A DNA stretch of 64,000 bases from an uncultured Verrucomicrobiae bacterium (GTDB taxonomy: Bacteria; Verrucomicrobiota; Verrucomicrobiia; Limisphaerales; Palsa-1400). The stretch lies in the NCBI GenBank assembly GCA_963707025.1, contig CAVPOM010000004.1, positions 480,001 to 544,000 of the forward strand. The letters run 5' to 3'. Position numbers and translations under genes: made by a program. The notes beneath the pieces are model-generated. The model made no database searches, had not been told where the DNA came from, and saw only the letters and a list, made by a program, of their open reading frames with translations. Positions 49,079-57,853 of this stretch are shown here, piece after piece; position 1 is the stretch's first letter, and each line of letters begins with the position of its first letter.

Positions 49079-50266
49079 CTACAGCCCGTGCCAGGCAATT
49101 TCCAGGGCCATGACGGAATAGGACGTCACGAGCACCGGATCGCGCTCCATCCAGCGCTCGTTTTCATTCCTCCAGGAACCGTCGGTTTGTTGCAGCTTCA
49201 TCAGCTTCGACACCAGTTGTCTCCGCCAGTCCACCGACTGGCCGTCCTTGAGCGGCAATTGGTTGACCCCATAGACCGAGAGCGCCTTGCTCATCATCTG
49301 TAAATAATAATAATAGCCCGACGCACCCATGCCCGGATTCTCGTCCAGCGTGTAATTATTGCGCAGCCAGTCAAACGCCGCCGTCACCCTGGGATCATCC
49401 CGCTTCAGATCGGCGTAAATGTAACTCAGGAAACCGGCGTAGGTGATGGTGCCGTAGGACCGGAAAGTCACCCGGCCGGCGGCGTTCGTGTCGCTGCCGG
49501 CCGAACTGCGCCCGGGGAAATAAATGAAGCCGCCCTTGTTTTTCGCGTCGTCCGAGGCCCACGGTTGCTGGTTCACAGCAGGCAGATTCTGGCACCGCTC
49601 GATGAAATGGATGGCCGCCTCCCAATTCAAATCCTTGACGCCAACGAGCGGCTGGTCCTTCACCAGGTCCTTGCTGTAATAAAGGGCCTCCAGCGCGGTG
49701 TAGGTGTTGTTCATGTCCGTGTGCGGCCCGGTGGCGCTGCTGCCGTAGCCCACGCCGCCGTCGAAGGGCGAACCGGTGTTCTCCTTCCCGCCGGCCTGCT
49801 GGCCTATGATCCATTGCCTGGCCCGCAACGCCACCGCGTCATACTCCGGTTTGTGGGCCGCCAGCAGCGCCATCAGGCAGATGGACGTGTTGTAATTCTC
49901 ATCTTCCTTGGCGTAGATCCCGCCGTCAGGCTTGACGCTGGCAAGAATGAATTTGTAGCCGCGCGCCACCGTCTCCGGCGCGCGCTCCGCGGCGTGCGGG
50001 GAAGGATTGCCCATAAACGCGCTCACCGCCAGCGCCGTCAACGCCGGATGCTCGGGAGTGGACCACCAGCCGTTGCTGTTTTGACTTGACTGCAACCAAA
50101 GCAGCCCGCGGTCAATGGCAAGCTGGACCTCGTTGCGATAGGAAATGTCCGGCGGCGGCAGGACGGACGCGGCTTGGCCCGCGGCACGAGGGATGCAAAC
50201 CGGCCAAAGCACGGTCAGAATCACCATCGGGAGGATGCTTTTGACTGTTAAAATGCGGTTCTTCAC
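49079..50266 (-). CDS. Exported prenyltransferase/squalene-cyclase-repeat (alpha/alpha barrel) protein; start uncertain
   Basis: RGLLWLQSSQNSNGWW, DGGVGYG, FIERCQN, LMKLQQTDGSW (QW-like repeats). Confidence 0.8.
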   Translation of the reverse strand: MKNRILTVKSILPMVILTVLWPVCIPRAAGQAASVLPPPDISYRNEVQLAIDRGLLWLQSSQNSNGWWSTPEHPALTALAVSAFMGNPSPHAAERAPETVARGYKFILASVKPDGGIYAKEDENYNTSICLMALLAAHKPEYDAVALRARQWIIGQQAGGKENTGSPFDGGVGYGSSATGPHTDMNNTYTALEALYYSKDLVKDQPLVGVKDLNWEAAIHFIERCQNLPAVNQQPWASDDAKNKGGFIYFPGRSSAGSDTNAAGRVTFRSYGTITYAGFLSYIYADLKRDDPRVTAAFDWLRNNYTLDENPGMGASGYYYYLQMMSKALSVYGVNQLPLKDGQSVDWRRQLVSKLMKLQQTDGSWRNENERWMERDPVLVTSYSVMALEIAWHGL

Positions 50267-50340
50267 AACTTTCAGATTCAACACGATTAAACCCTCCCAA
50301 GCCGGCGCGCCACGCCGCCGGATTTCCACTTGACTGAGCC

Positions 50341-50904
50341 TCAGGGCGGCGCTTGTGCCGTCTGCAACACCGCCATCATGGCTGCCCGCGCCTTGGAAGC
50401 GTCGTCGGCCTCCCCATGCACGCAGCCGGCAAACACGCGCCCGCCCGTCGCGAACAGGACCACCTCCGCGTTGCCCGGATCGCCATCATCGGCCTCGTTG
50501 CCCGATCCAATGACATGCTTGGCGGGCACGCCCGCGACAACCATGTCCATGATGGACGCGGTCTTGAACTTGACAAACTCGCTCTTAATAACCTCCGCCA
50601 CGCCGGGAATCGCGTCGTTGACCGTCTTGGCCTTGGGCACGGCCCAGACGTAAAGCGTCAAATTGGTGGCCTGAAGATGGAGGTAACCATTGGTTGTTGT
50701 TACTTTGGCCGCCGCCGGAACCTTCAGAACCAGCGCCGGTCTGCCGTCCACTGACAGCGTGGCGCTGGTGCCCTCCGACGCAGAGATGGTGGCTTGGCCA
50801 CTGTCAGTCTGGCATCCGCTGGCGCAGCACGCGATGATGAAGGCGGAAGCGATGAGGCGCAGTGTGTTCAAGGCGGCGCGGCTGTTTGAGGCTGCCATTG
50901 TCAT
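50341..50904 (-). CDS. Hypothetical lipoprotein
   Basis: Lipobox-like CASGC after a hydrophobic stretch. Confidence 0.65.
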   Translation of the reverse strand: MTMAASNSRAALNTLRLIASAFIIACCASGCQTDSGQATISASEGTSATLSVDGRPALVLKVPAAAKVTTTNGYLHLQATNLTLYVWAVPKAKTVNDAIPGVAEVIKSEFVKFKTASIMDMVVAGVPAKHVIGSGNEADDGDPGNAEVVLFATGGRVFAGCVHGEADDASKARAAMMAVLQTAQAPP

Positions 50905-51170
50905 AGACTGGGATTTCCCATTTGATTTCTTGCCCACGACCGGCGTGGGCCTTTTTTTGACTTTGTTCCTTCCACACAGGTTTGCAAGCCATTTTCCCAG
51001 TCCGGCCTCGATTTTTCTCCAGCAAAGGGGTGTGCCGATGCCTTTTCGTGCTCCCAACCCCTTTTTTCTTGCGGATCTGAAGACACCTCTTCCGTGGTTT
51101 CCATTGTGTTCATGCGGCTCCAACTTAGGTCAATCACGTTGTCTTGTGAAACGAATATGGGAAATCCGGT

Positions 51171-53072
51171 TTAGGGTTTGGGCGCAAGGAGGGCGTCGAG
51201 GCTGCTTGGACCGGAGCCGGTTTTCTCCAGCTTCGGGTAGCGCAGCCCGCCGTCGTAATTGAGGGCGATGGTGCGGTAAATGTCGCCGGTCTTTACCAGC
51301 AGGCTGAGAGGCGATTTCCTGGCCTTGATTGCAGCCTTTAGCTGGTCGGTATCGAGGGCGCGGCCGTTGACGGCGATGAGCTTGGTGCCGACCGTGAGGG
51401 CGGCGTTGAAGGCCGGGCTGTCCCAGGCAACTTCGGTGATCTCGCCTTCCTTGCCCAGGACAAAACCGCCTGAATAAGTCAGGTCGGTGATCTTGCGCGC
51501 TTTCTCGTTGGATTTGAACCACTCCGTCGGCGTGTCGGTATAGACAAGCCGGTAGCCGCCACGGGCGAAGCCGTCGAGCGGGGCGTGATCGCTGACATGC
51601 TCCAGGCGAGCCTGGAGGAAGGCGGCCCAGTCATTGCTCTGGACTTGATTGAGGGTGCGAACGACATCGTCGAAGTTGTACGTCAGTTCGCCCCAATCGC
51701 GGTCGTTCCCGCCGAAGAAGGCGCGGGCGAAATCATCCAGCGATCTGGCGCCGTGGGAGAGTTCGCGGATCAGGCTGTCAGTATCGAGCCAGATGAGGAG
51801 TCCTTCGTTGTAGTAATCCTCGGAACGCTGCCAGCTTCTCCAGCCTTTGGGCCGGCGCTGGGCGATAATCGGATCATCGGTTGTGTCGGCCAGCGGACGC
51901 CACTGGCGGCCGGCGTCCGTGTCGAGGCGGGCGGCGAGGCTGGCCAGGCCGCCGAGGGTCTCCTCTTGCGAATTTAGTCCCGACCGCGCGGCGAGCACGA
52001 AACCCCAAAACTGAGTCTGCCCCTCGTAAACCCAGAGCAGGCTGTCCTGCATGGGCGTGCGGTAGTCAGGCGTCCAAAGGTCGGCCGGCCGGCGGTACTT
52101 GCCGTTCCAACTGTGGGTATACTCGTGCGGCAGGAGGCCGCGCGCCGTGAGATTGTCCTTCCATTCGGTGAAATAACCGGCACTGACGCCATCCTCGGAA
52201 CTGCGATGGTGCTCGAGCCCGATCCCGCCCTGGCGCGCGCTCAAGGCCAGCAGGAAATCATAGTGGTCGTAGTGTTGGGCGCCAAAGAGTTTGACCGCCT
52301 GCGTCACCAGGTTGCGGTGGAGTTGGATCTGCTCCTCGGTGGCGGCAAGTTGTTCAGGTTGGTCTGCGACGATGTCCAGGCGCACGCCCGGAGCAAGGGT
52401 CTCAACCCGGACATTGGCGCCGGCCATGATCGGGCTGTCCACCAGTGTATCGAAGGTGACTTGCTGGAAGTGGATCGTCGCGCCTTCCTGACGGGCGACC
52501 TCCAGCGCGGTCGCGGCCTTCCAACCCTCCGGCAGTTTCACCGAGGGATCCACCCTGATTCGGCGAACATAGCAGCCGGCTGGATAGAGCGCCACGGCGT
52601 TCCATTGCAGATTGAGCATGTCCGGGGCCGTGACGATGCGGCCCTGGCTGACATCCGTCGGCGCGAGAAACTGGAACTGAACTTCAACACTGGACGTTCG
52701 CTCGGGAACCTCGATATGGAAGGCGAAGACATCCACCGGATCGCGCCGCCAAGCCAGCGCGCGCCCGCCGGCCTGGAACGTGATTCCAGCCAGTTCCGAG
52801 ATGGGACCGCTGTCCGTATGATGGCCAGGCAGCCACTTCGGGTAGAGGAGGGTGAGCGGGCCGGCCGCGGCCACGGGCAGGGTCTCACTGACGCGGAAAA
52901 CACCACGGGCGTTGTCGGAGGCATCCACCGAAATAGTGATGACTCCCGGCCAGGCCACGTCGCGGGCGGGCGGGATCGTGTCCGCGATGGGTTGGGCCTC
53001 GGGCGCGCTGTTTTGGGCTTCAGAGAAGAGCGGTAAAAGGACAAAGAGTATCGGGAGGGCTGGATTGCTCAT
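51171..53072 (-). CDS. M61 glycyl aminopeptidase family protein with PDZ domain
   Basis: LVDSP, GLEH, HEYTHSWNGK, LWVYEGQT; SPAFNAAL..G..LIAVNG PDZ. Confidence 0.92.
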   Translation of the reverse strand: MSNPALPILFVLLPLFSEAQNSAPEAQPIADTIPPARDVAWPGVITISVDASDNARGVFRVSETLPVAAAGPLTLLYPKWLPGHHTDSGPISELAGITFQAGGRALAWRRDPVDVFAFHIEVPERTSSVEVQFQFLAPTDVSQGRIVTAPDMLNLQWNAVALYPAGCYVRRIRVDPSVKLPEGWKAATALEVARQEGATIHFQQVTFDTLVDSPIMAGANVRVETLAPGVRLDIVADQPEQLAATEEQIQLHRNLVTQAVKLFGAQHYDHYDFLLALSARQGGIGLEHHRSSEDGVSAGYFTEWKDNLTARGLLPHEYTHSWNGKYRRPADLWTPDYRTPMQDSLLWVYEGQTQFWGFVLAARSGLNSQEETLGGLASLAARLDTDAGRQWRPLADTTDDPIIAQRRPKGWRSWQRSEDYYNEGLLIWLDTDSLIRELSHGARSLDDFARAFFGGNDRDWGELTYNFDDVVRTLNQVQSNDWAAFLQARLEHVSDHAPLDGFARGGYRLVYTDTPTEWFKSNEKARKITDLTYSGGFVLGKEGEITEVAWDSPAFNAALTVGTKLIAVNGRALDTDQLKAAIKARKSPLSLLVKTGDIYRTIALNYDGGLRYPKLEKTGSGPSSLDALLAPKP

Positions 53073-53197
53073 GGGAATCTATGAGAATTAGCGTTGCTGA
53101 AAGCGTCAATCTCAAAGAGTCTAAAACTTCCGGTGCGCGCCCACAAGAAGATTTTCCACCCCGCAACGCGGGCCGGCGCATTCCAAGGGAGTTGTCA

Positions 53198-53437
53198 TTA
53201 TTCCCCACACAGCGCCTTCGCCACATTTTTAATATTTTGGGCGCGAATCTCATACGCCGTCTGCCGTTCGCCGGGATTGCCGGAGACCAGTTTCCAGGAA
53301 AGGCGCGGCTGGCGGACGCCGATCCCGATGGGATCTTCAAGATGTTCGCAGCGCAGGTCCCCGACGCGCACCGGGGCGGCTGACGACGCGATGCCTGCCA
53401 ACACAAGGCACATTATCCAGAGAGCGGATTTTCTCAT
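53198..53437 (-). pseudogene. N-terminal remnant of a GH78 alpha-L-rhamnosidase-like gene
   Basis: Signal peptide + LRCEHLEDPIGI...PRLSWKL...RQTAYEI, then an abrupt end. Confidence 0.7.
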
Positions 53438-53526
53438 GATACTCACACAGGTTTGATCATCGGGTGTGAGACAATGCTCCACGCCGCCGCACGCCCGAAG
53501 AAGGGAAAAAATGGACTGGCCGGATT

Positions 53527-55089
53527 TCAATGGGCCGTGGCCTGCACGCGGTAGAAAGACTGGCCGGAAGGGGGGGCGGGATCGGTCAACACAATAAGGT
53601 TTCCGTTGGTGGCGGCGGTCAAGTTGACGACAGGCGACCAAACAGGATTGGCTGCTTGCGCGGTCCGCCATAGCGAGTATGCCAGATTAGGGCGGAAATT
53701 CGCGGAAATGACGATTTGATTGTTCGTCCATTGAATGTCGGAAATGTTCGGCAAGGTGGCCGCCGCCGCCGCGGCCGCCGCCGCAAAATTGACCCGGCCC
53801 CAGCCGAAATAAGGATCCCAACCGGGCGCACCGAGGTCGGTTGCCGTGCTTTGCAGAATGCCAATGACGTCATCCGGGTTGAGAGTGGGATTAAGCCCGA
53901 GAATCCATGCCACCACGCCGCAGACTAACGGAGCGGCAAAACTGCAGCCGGTCCCGTAGGCATACCCGCCCGAGGTTGTGGTGGAGTATATCTGGTAACC
54001 GGGCGCGGAAAAATCAATATAGGGACCGTACATGGTTCCCTGAAATTGGTCCGCCGCATCGGTCATGGAGATGCAATAAACGTCCGGCTGGTTGGCGCCA
54101 TCGAGCAGTCCGCTGCCATCAATCGCCGACATGACGAGGATGCCGGAGGTGTTGGTCTTGAGATAATTGCCGGCGGCTTCCAAGACTGGGTTGGTGCCGC
54201 CGCTCCAACTGATGTTCACGACGCGCACCCCGTTGTCCGCCGCCCAAATGGTGGCTTTGTACATGTCGCTGATGGTGCCGTTGATGTTGATGGGAAGAAA
54301 CCGGCAATTGGCCGCGCCGGCAACTCCCACGCCGTTGTCAATGACGGCGGCAGCCATGCCGGCGCACATCGTCGAATGCGCAATGCCGGCGCTGGAATTG
54401 ACGGGCGCATTGGCAACCACGTCCCACCCGCTGATCGTGTTGGCGGCCAAGTCTGGATGATCCATTTGAAAGGGGGTATCCACGATCGCGATGGTGACAG
54501 AAGGCCGGCCCAAATTGCAGATCCAGGCCTGGTAACTGCCGATGACCTTATGATGCCACTGCGTGGCGATCAGCGGATCATCCGGCGAAAACTGCCGCTG
54601 TTCAAAGGTGTCCAATTCCGCAAACTCGACATCCGCGCGCGCCGCCAGAGCCTGAACGGCTTCCCATTTGCGCATCGGTTCGACACGCAAGGCGCTGAGG
54701 TGCGCGAGGCCGCGGAACTTGACCAGAACCACCTCGGGATTGAAGAGCGAGATTTTGCCGGACGGCGCCTGGAGTCCGCCGAAACGTCGTTGCTGGAAAT
54801 TGAGGTGGGCCAGAGTATTGGCCTCGAGAAGAGGAACAGCGCGGTTTGTCAACTGTCCCGAAGCCAGGTCGGAAAACACAATCAATTCAGGAATATGGCG
54901 CCCGGGAATGTCCCGGGGCAGAGCCGTTTGGGGAAGCCGGGACAAATCCGGAGGTAAATTGAGGAGCCGGCCTGAGGCTGAGGCGTAAGGCAACTGGATT
55001 GCGTGACTGGCATCAGACGCGCCCCCGGCCCGCGCCAGGAAGAGAACGGCCAAGATACAAAGACACCGGATCGCGGGGGACAAGCTCAA
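53527..55089 (-). CDS. S8 subtilase-like peptidase with ...FYR C-terminal domain
   Basis: IAIVDT, HSTMCAG, IDFSAPG, GCSFAAP, GWDPYFGWGRVN. Confidence 0.88.
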   Translation of the reverse strand: MSLSPAIRCLCILAVLFLARAGGASDASHAIQLPYASASGRLLNLPPDLSRLPQTALPRDIPGRHIPELIVFSDLASGQLTNRAVPLLEANTLAHLNFQQRRFGGLQAPSGKISLFNPEVVLVKFRGLAHLSALRVEPMRKWEAVQALAARADVEFAELDTFEQRQFSPDDPLIATQWHHKVIGSYQAWICNLGRPSVTIAIVDTPFQMDHPDLAANTISGWDVVANAPVNSSAGIAHSTMCAGMAAAVIDNGVGVAGAANCRFLPININGTISDMYKATIWAADNGVRVVNISWSGGTNPVLEAAGNYLKTNTSGILVMSAIDGSGLLDGANQPDVYCISMTDAADQFQGTMYGPYIDFSAPGYQIYSTTTSGGYAYGTGCSFAAPLVCGVVAWILGLNPTLNPDDVIGILQSTATDLGAPGWDPYFGWGRVNFAAAAAAAAATLPNISDIQWTNNQIVISANFRPNLAYSLWRTAQAANPVWSPVVNLTAATNGNLIVLTDPAPPSGQSFYRVQATAH

Positions 55090-55104
55090 AGTTCGTAGGT
55101 TCGG

Positions 55105-57003
55105 CTACGGCCTCTTGATGCGATAGAAAACATCGGGAAGGCCGTTTCCGAGGTTGGTTATCCAAAGGAACGAATTGGTGAGGGTGTAGCCTAACCGTGG
55201 ATACCAAGCCACCGTGCCGGAGAGGTTGGTCGTGTACTGCAAGGTGTAGTTGGTGTGGGCAAGCCCGTACGCCAGCAAGTTCGGGTTCTGGCCGGACAAG
55301 GAGCCTTCGAGAATGGGCGGATCGGCGTTGAGCACCCCATAGCGATAAAAGACGGCCTGGTTGCTTGAACTGAGGCCGGTGACGAATTGGAACGAATTGG
55401 CCAATGGAATCCGCCTCAACAGGGTCCAAGATGAACCGAGATCGGTGGTGTAATCAATTTCGTAGGCTTGACCCGGGGTGCCATAGAGCACAAGGACCTC
55501 GTTTGCGCCCGGCGGCTCGATTTGCACGTCCACGATCGGCGGGGCCGCGGTGAACTGGAATGCCCGGTAAAAAATCGCCGGCTGGGTTCGATCCAGGTTC
55601 GAGATTACCGCCGTGAGATTGGTCATGGGCACACGCACCAGATCAGTCCACCCATTTGTCCGGGCCAGGTTCACCGAGAATTGAATCTGATAGCTGTCGC
55701 CGGGGATTCCGTAGAGCACCAGATTGCGGGCGCCCTGAGGGGTCAGTGTTGAGTCGAGCAGGGGCTGGGGTCCAATGATGACCAAGCGGCCCAGTCCCGA
55801 CGCAAGATTGGCCGGCCTCGATCCGTCCGCATTGACTCCTTGCAGCGATTGCGGCGCAAGCTGCACAAAGGACGATGACTGGCTGGAAACGGTCAACAAA
55901 CTCAACTGCGCAATTTGTTGATTGCCGAGAAAAGTCTGTCCGGGCGCGGCGGTAAAACCGATTTGCAGACTTGTGGGCGAGAGAAACTGAAACAAAGTCG
56001 AAGCGACCAACGACGGATTGTCCGTAATGAAGAACGTCGTGAAATCAGCGACGGGCAGGTCCAGCACGAACTGGACATTGGTCAGGCTCGTCCCGGCCGT
56101 CAATTGGATCGGGATGACGCTCATCCCTCCCGCCAGCACAACATCCGAGCCAAAGGCCAGCAGCACGGGCGGGCCTCCGCCAAGCGTGCCGCTGGTGGCC
56201 GACCCCACCAGGAAGTTGGTGGGGAACACCAGGCTGTAGGATTGCGAGAGGCCATGCGGGGATGGCCCAAGGACGGTCGCGGTGAATTCCTGGTTTCCAA
56301 CCGGCAGATAATTCGTGCCGCCGGCCGCGGCAATCAAGTCTGCCACGTTGAAGAACGCCTGGTTGGTCGCCGCGCCATCACCCACCACCGCGGCCAACAC
56401 GCTGGGGGTGTTGGTGTTGGAGAGTGTGATAATGGCCCCGGCGGGGCTGGCATCATCGAGGGTGATGACCAGTTGCTCGGACTGCAACACAAAGGAGGTT
56501 TCCTGGGCGGTCATCACCGAAGGCAGCGGGCCGGACGCGGGCCATTGTGCGGTTTGGCCGTTGGTATTTGAAACCTGAAGTTGGTAATAATAAGAGGCGC
56601 CGGGAGAGCAGTCGGAAACCCGCGCCTGGAACAGGCCAAGGCTCATGGTTTGCTGACGCAACGCGGTCAGATCGAGGAGGCGGTCATAGGAATTGGTCAA
56701 CGCCGGATCGCCCGTGTGCATCGGATAGTATTCCACGCCCACCTGCCCCGCCAGATTGGTGGCACCTCCCGCGTCGGCGAAAATGGAAATCGAGGCGGTC
56801 ACCGAGGCGCTGGGCGGCGGCGAGACGGAAGCGACGACCGAGAAGCCGCCGGGAGTGACATTGACCGTCCTGACGTTGGTGATGACGATCTGGGCGGCGG
56901 CGGAAAAAGCGCCGAGGAACAGACACGCCAGGACCCGCGCCCAACCGCCGCCGGGCCGCGCGCGGCGCTGCGGATGCCTGGAATTTAGAATTGACGCTGG
57001 CAT
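55105..57003 (-). CDS. Secreted beta-sandwich protein (FN3/cohesin-like) with three tandem ...FYR domains
   Basis: Signal peptide; SPGASYYYQL; IPIQL......NVQFVL; three LYG.PG..Y.....L...W...FYR units. Confidence 0.7.
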   Translation of the reverse strand: MPASILNSRHPQRRARPGGGWARVLACLFLGAFSAAAQIVITNVRTVNVTPGGFSVVASVSPPPSASVTASISIFADAGGATNLAGQVGVEYYPMHTGDPALTNSYDRLLDLTALRQQTMSLGLFQARVSDCSPGASYYYQLQVSNTNGQTAQWPASGPLPSVMTAQETSFVLQSEQLVITLDDASPAGAIITLSNTNTPSVLAAVVGDGAATNQAFFNVADLIAAAGGTNYLPVGNQEFTATVLGPSPHGLSQSYSLVFPTNFLVGSATSGTLGGGPPVLLAFGSDVVLAGGMSVIPIQLTAGTSLTNVQFVLDLPVADFTTFFITDNPSLVASTLFQFLSPTSLQIGFTAAPGQTFLGNQQIAQLSLLTVSSQSSSFVQLAPQSLQGVNADGSRPANLASGLGRLVIIGPQPLLDSTLTPQGARNLVLYGIPGDSYQIQFSVNLARTNGWTDLVRVPMTNLTAVISNLDRTQPAIFYRAFQFTAAPPIVDVQIEPPGANEVLVLYGTPGQAYEIDYTTDLGSSWTLLRRIPLANSFQFVTGLSSSNQAVFYRYGVLNADPPILEGSLSGQNPNLLAYGLAHTNYTLQYTTNLSGTVAWYPRLGYTLTNSFLWITNLGNGLPDVFYRIKRP

Positions 57004-57009
57004 GTCAGT

Positions 57010-57849
57010 TTAATGAGTGGTGGCGCCGGAGGCCGGTGCCGGCGTTTGGAATTGCGGAACGACCCGCGAAGCGGCGCGCTGCAACCCCGGCTGGCCATGC
57101 CGCGCGAGAATCAGTTCGCCGCCGGCCAGGATGGCATAGCGCCTCACCCCGCCGGCCTTGAGGGCCCGGGCCGTCTCCTGCGCTGTGCCGTCGGCGCTGT
57201 CAATCAAGATCAGCAGCGCCGGCACGCCGGATACGGCCAGGGAGCTTTTTCCCGGGACAAAACTGGCCAGGCGCATGCCGGGGAATTCCTGGCTCAGGTC
57301 GGTCAGCGGCTGGCTTGGGGCATTGGTGTCGCCGGCCACGGACGGGCGTGCGGATGAGGGTGGTTTGCGCAAATCAACCAGCACCACCTCTCCCGGGTTG
57401 GCTGCTTTCAACCCGGCATAGGTGATGTAGTTGAACGTCTCGGACTTCATGCCGGCTGCGCGGGTGGTCAGGGCTTGGGCGCTTTCCCAGGTGGCAAATC
57501 CTCCTTGGAGAACTTCGGCCGTGATTCCCGGCTTTCTGCCAAGAAACGCGGCGGCGTCCTCCACCGCATTGACGGCTTCCCGGCCCAAGCCGTCCCCGTA
57601 AACGACAACCTTGCCCAGGGGCGGCAGGTTTTTGAGCGGGCAGAGGGAGGCGGGAATATTTATGGCCCCGGGAACATGGGCCTGGCTGTAAAGCTCCGGG
57701 CTGCGGACATCAATGACCGTGATCTTCGCGCCGCCAGCCAGTTGGCTCTGCAAATCAGCCACCGTGATGCCGGCGGCGGCCAGGGTCATGGCCCCGCCGA
57801 AGGCAGCCAAGGCCGCCAGCCAAACGATGATGGAATTCTTGGAGCGCAT
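57010..57849 (-). CDS. Secreted tandem rhodanese-like protein lacking the catalytic Cys
   Basis: VIDVRS..Y...HVPGAINIP, VVVYGDG, LQGGFATW; second domain LVDLR...LAGG. Confidence 0.8.
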   Translation of the reverse strand: MRSKNSIIVWLAALAAFGGAMTLAAAGITVADLQSQLAGGAKITVIDVRSPELYSQAHVPGAINIPASLCPLKNLPPLGKVVVYGDGLGREAVNAVEDAAAFLGRKPGITAEVLQGGFATWESAQALTTRAAGMKSETFNYITYAGLKAANPGEVVLVDLRKPPSSARPSVAGDTNAPSQPLTDLSQEFPGMRLASFVPGKSSLAVSGVPALLILIDSADGTAQETARALKAGGVRRYAILAGGELILARHGQPGLQRAASRVVPQFQTPAPASGATTH

Positions 57850-57853
57850 AAGA

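Noticed and set aside
49079..50266. Squalene-hopene cyclase
   Set aside because: Too short (single barrel), exported, and no DxDD motif.
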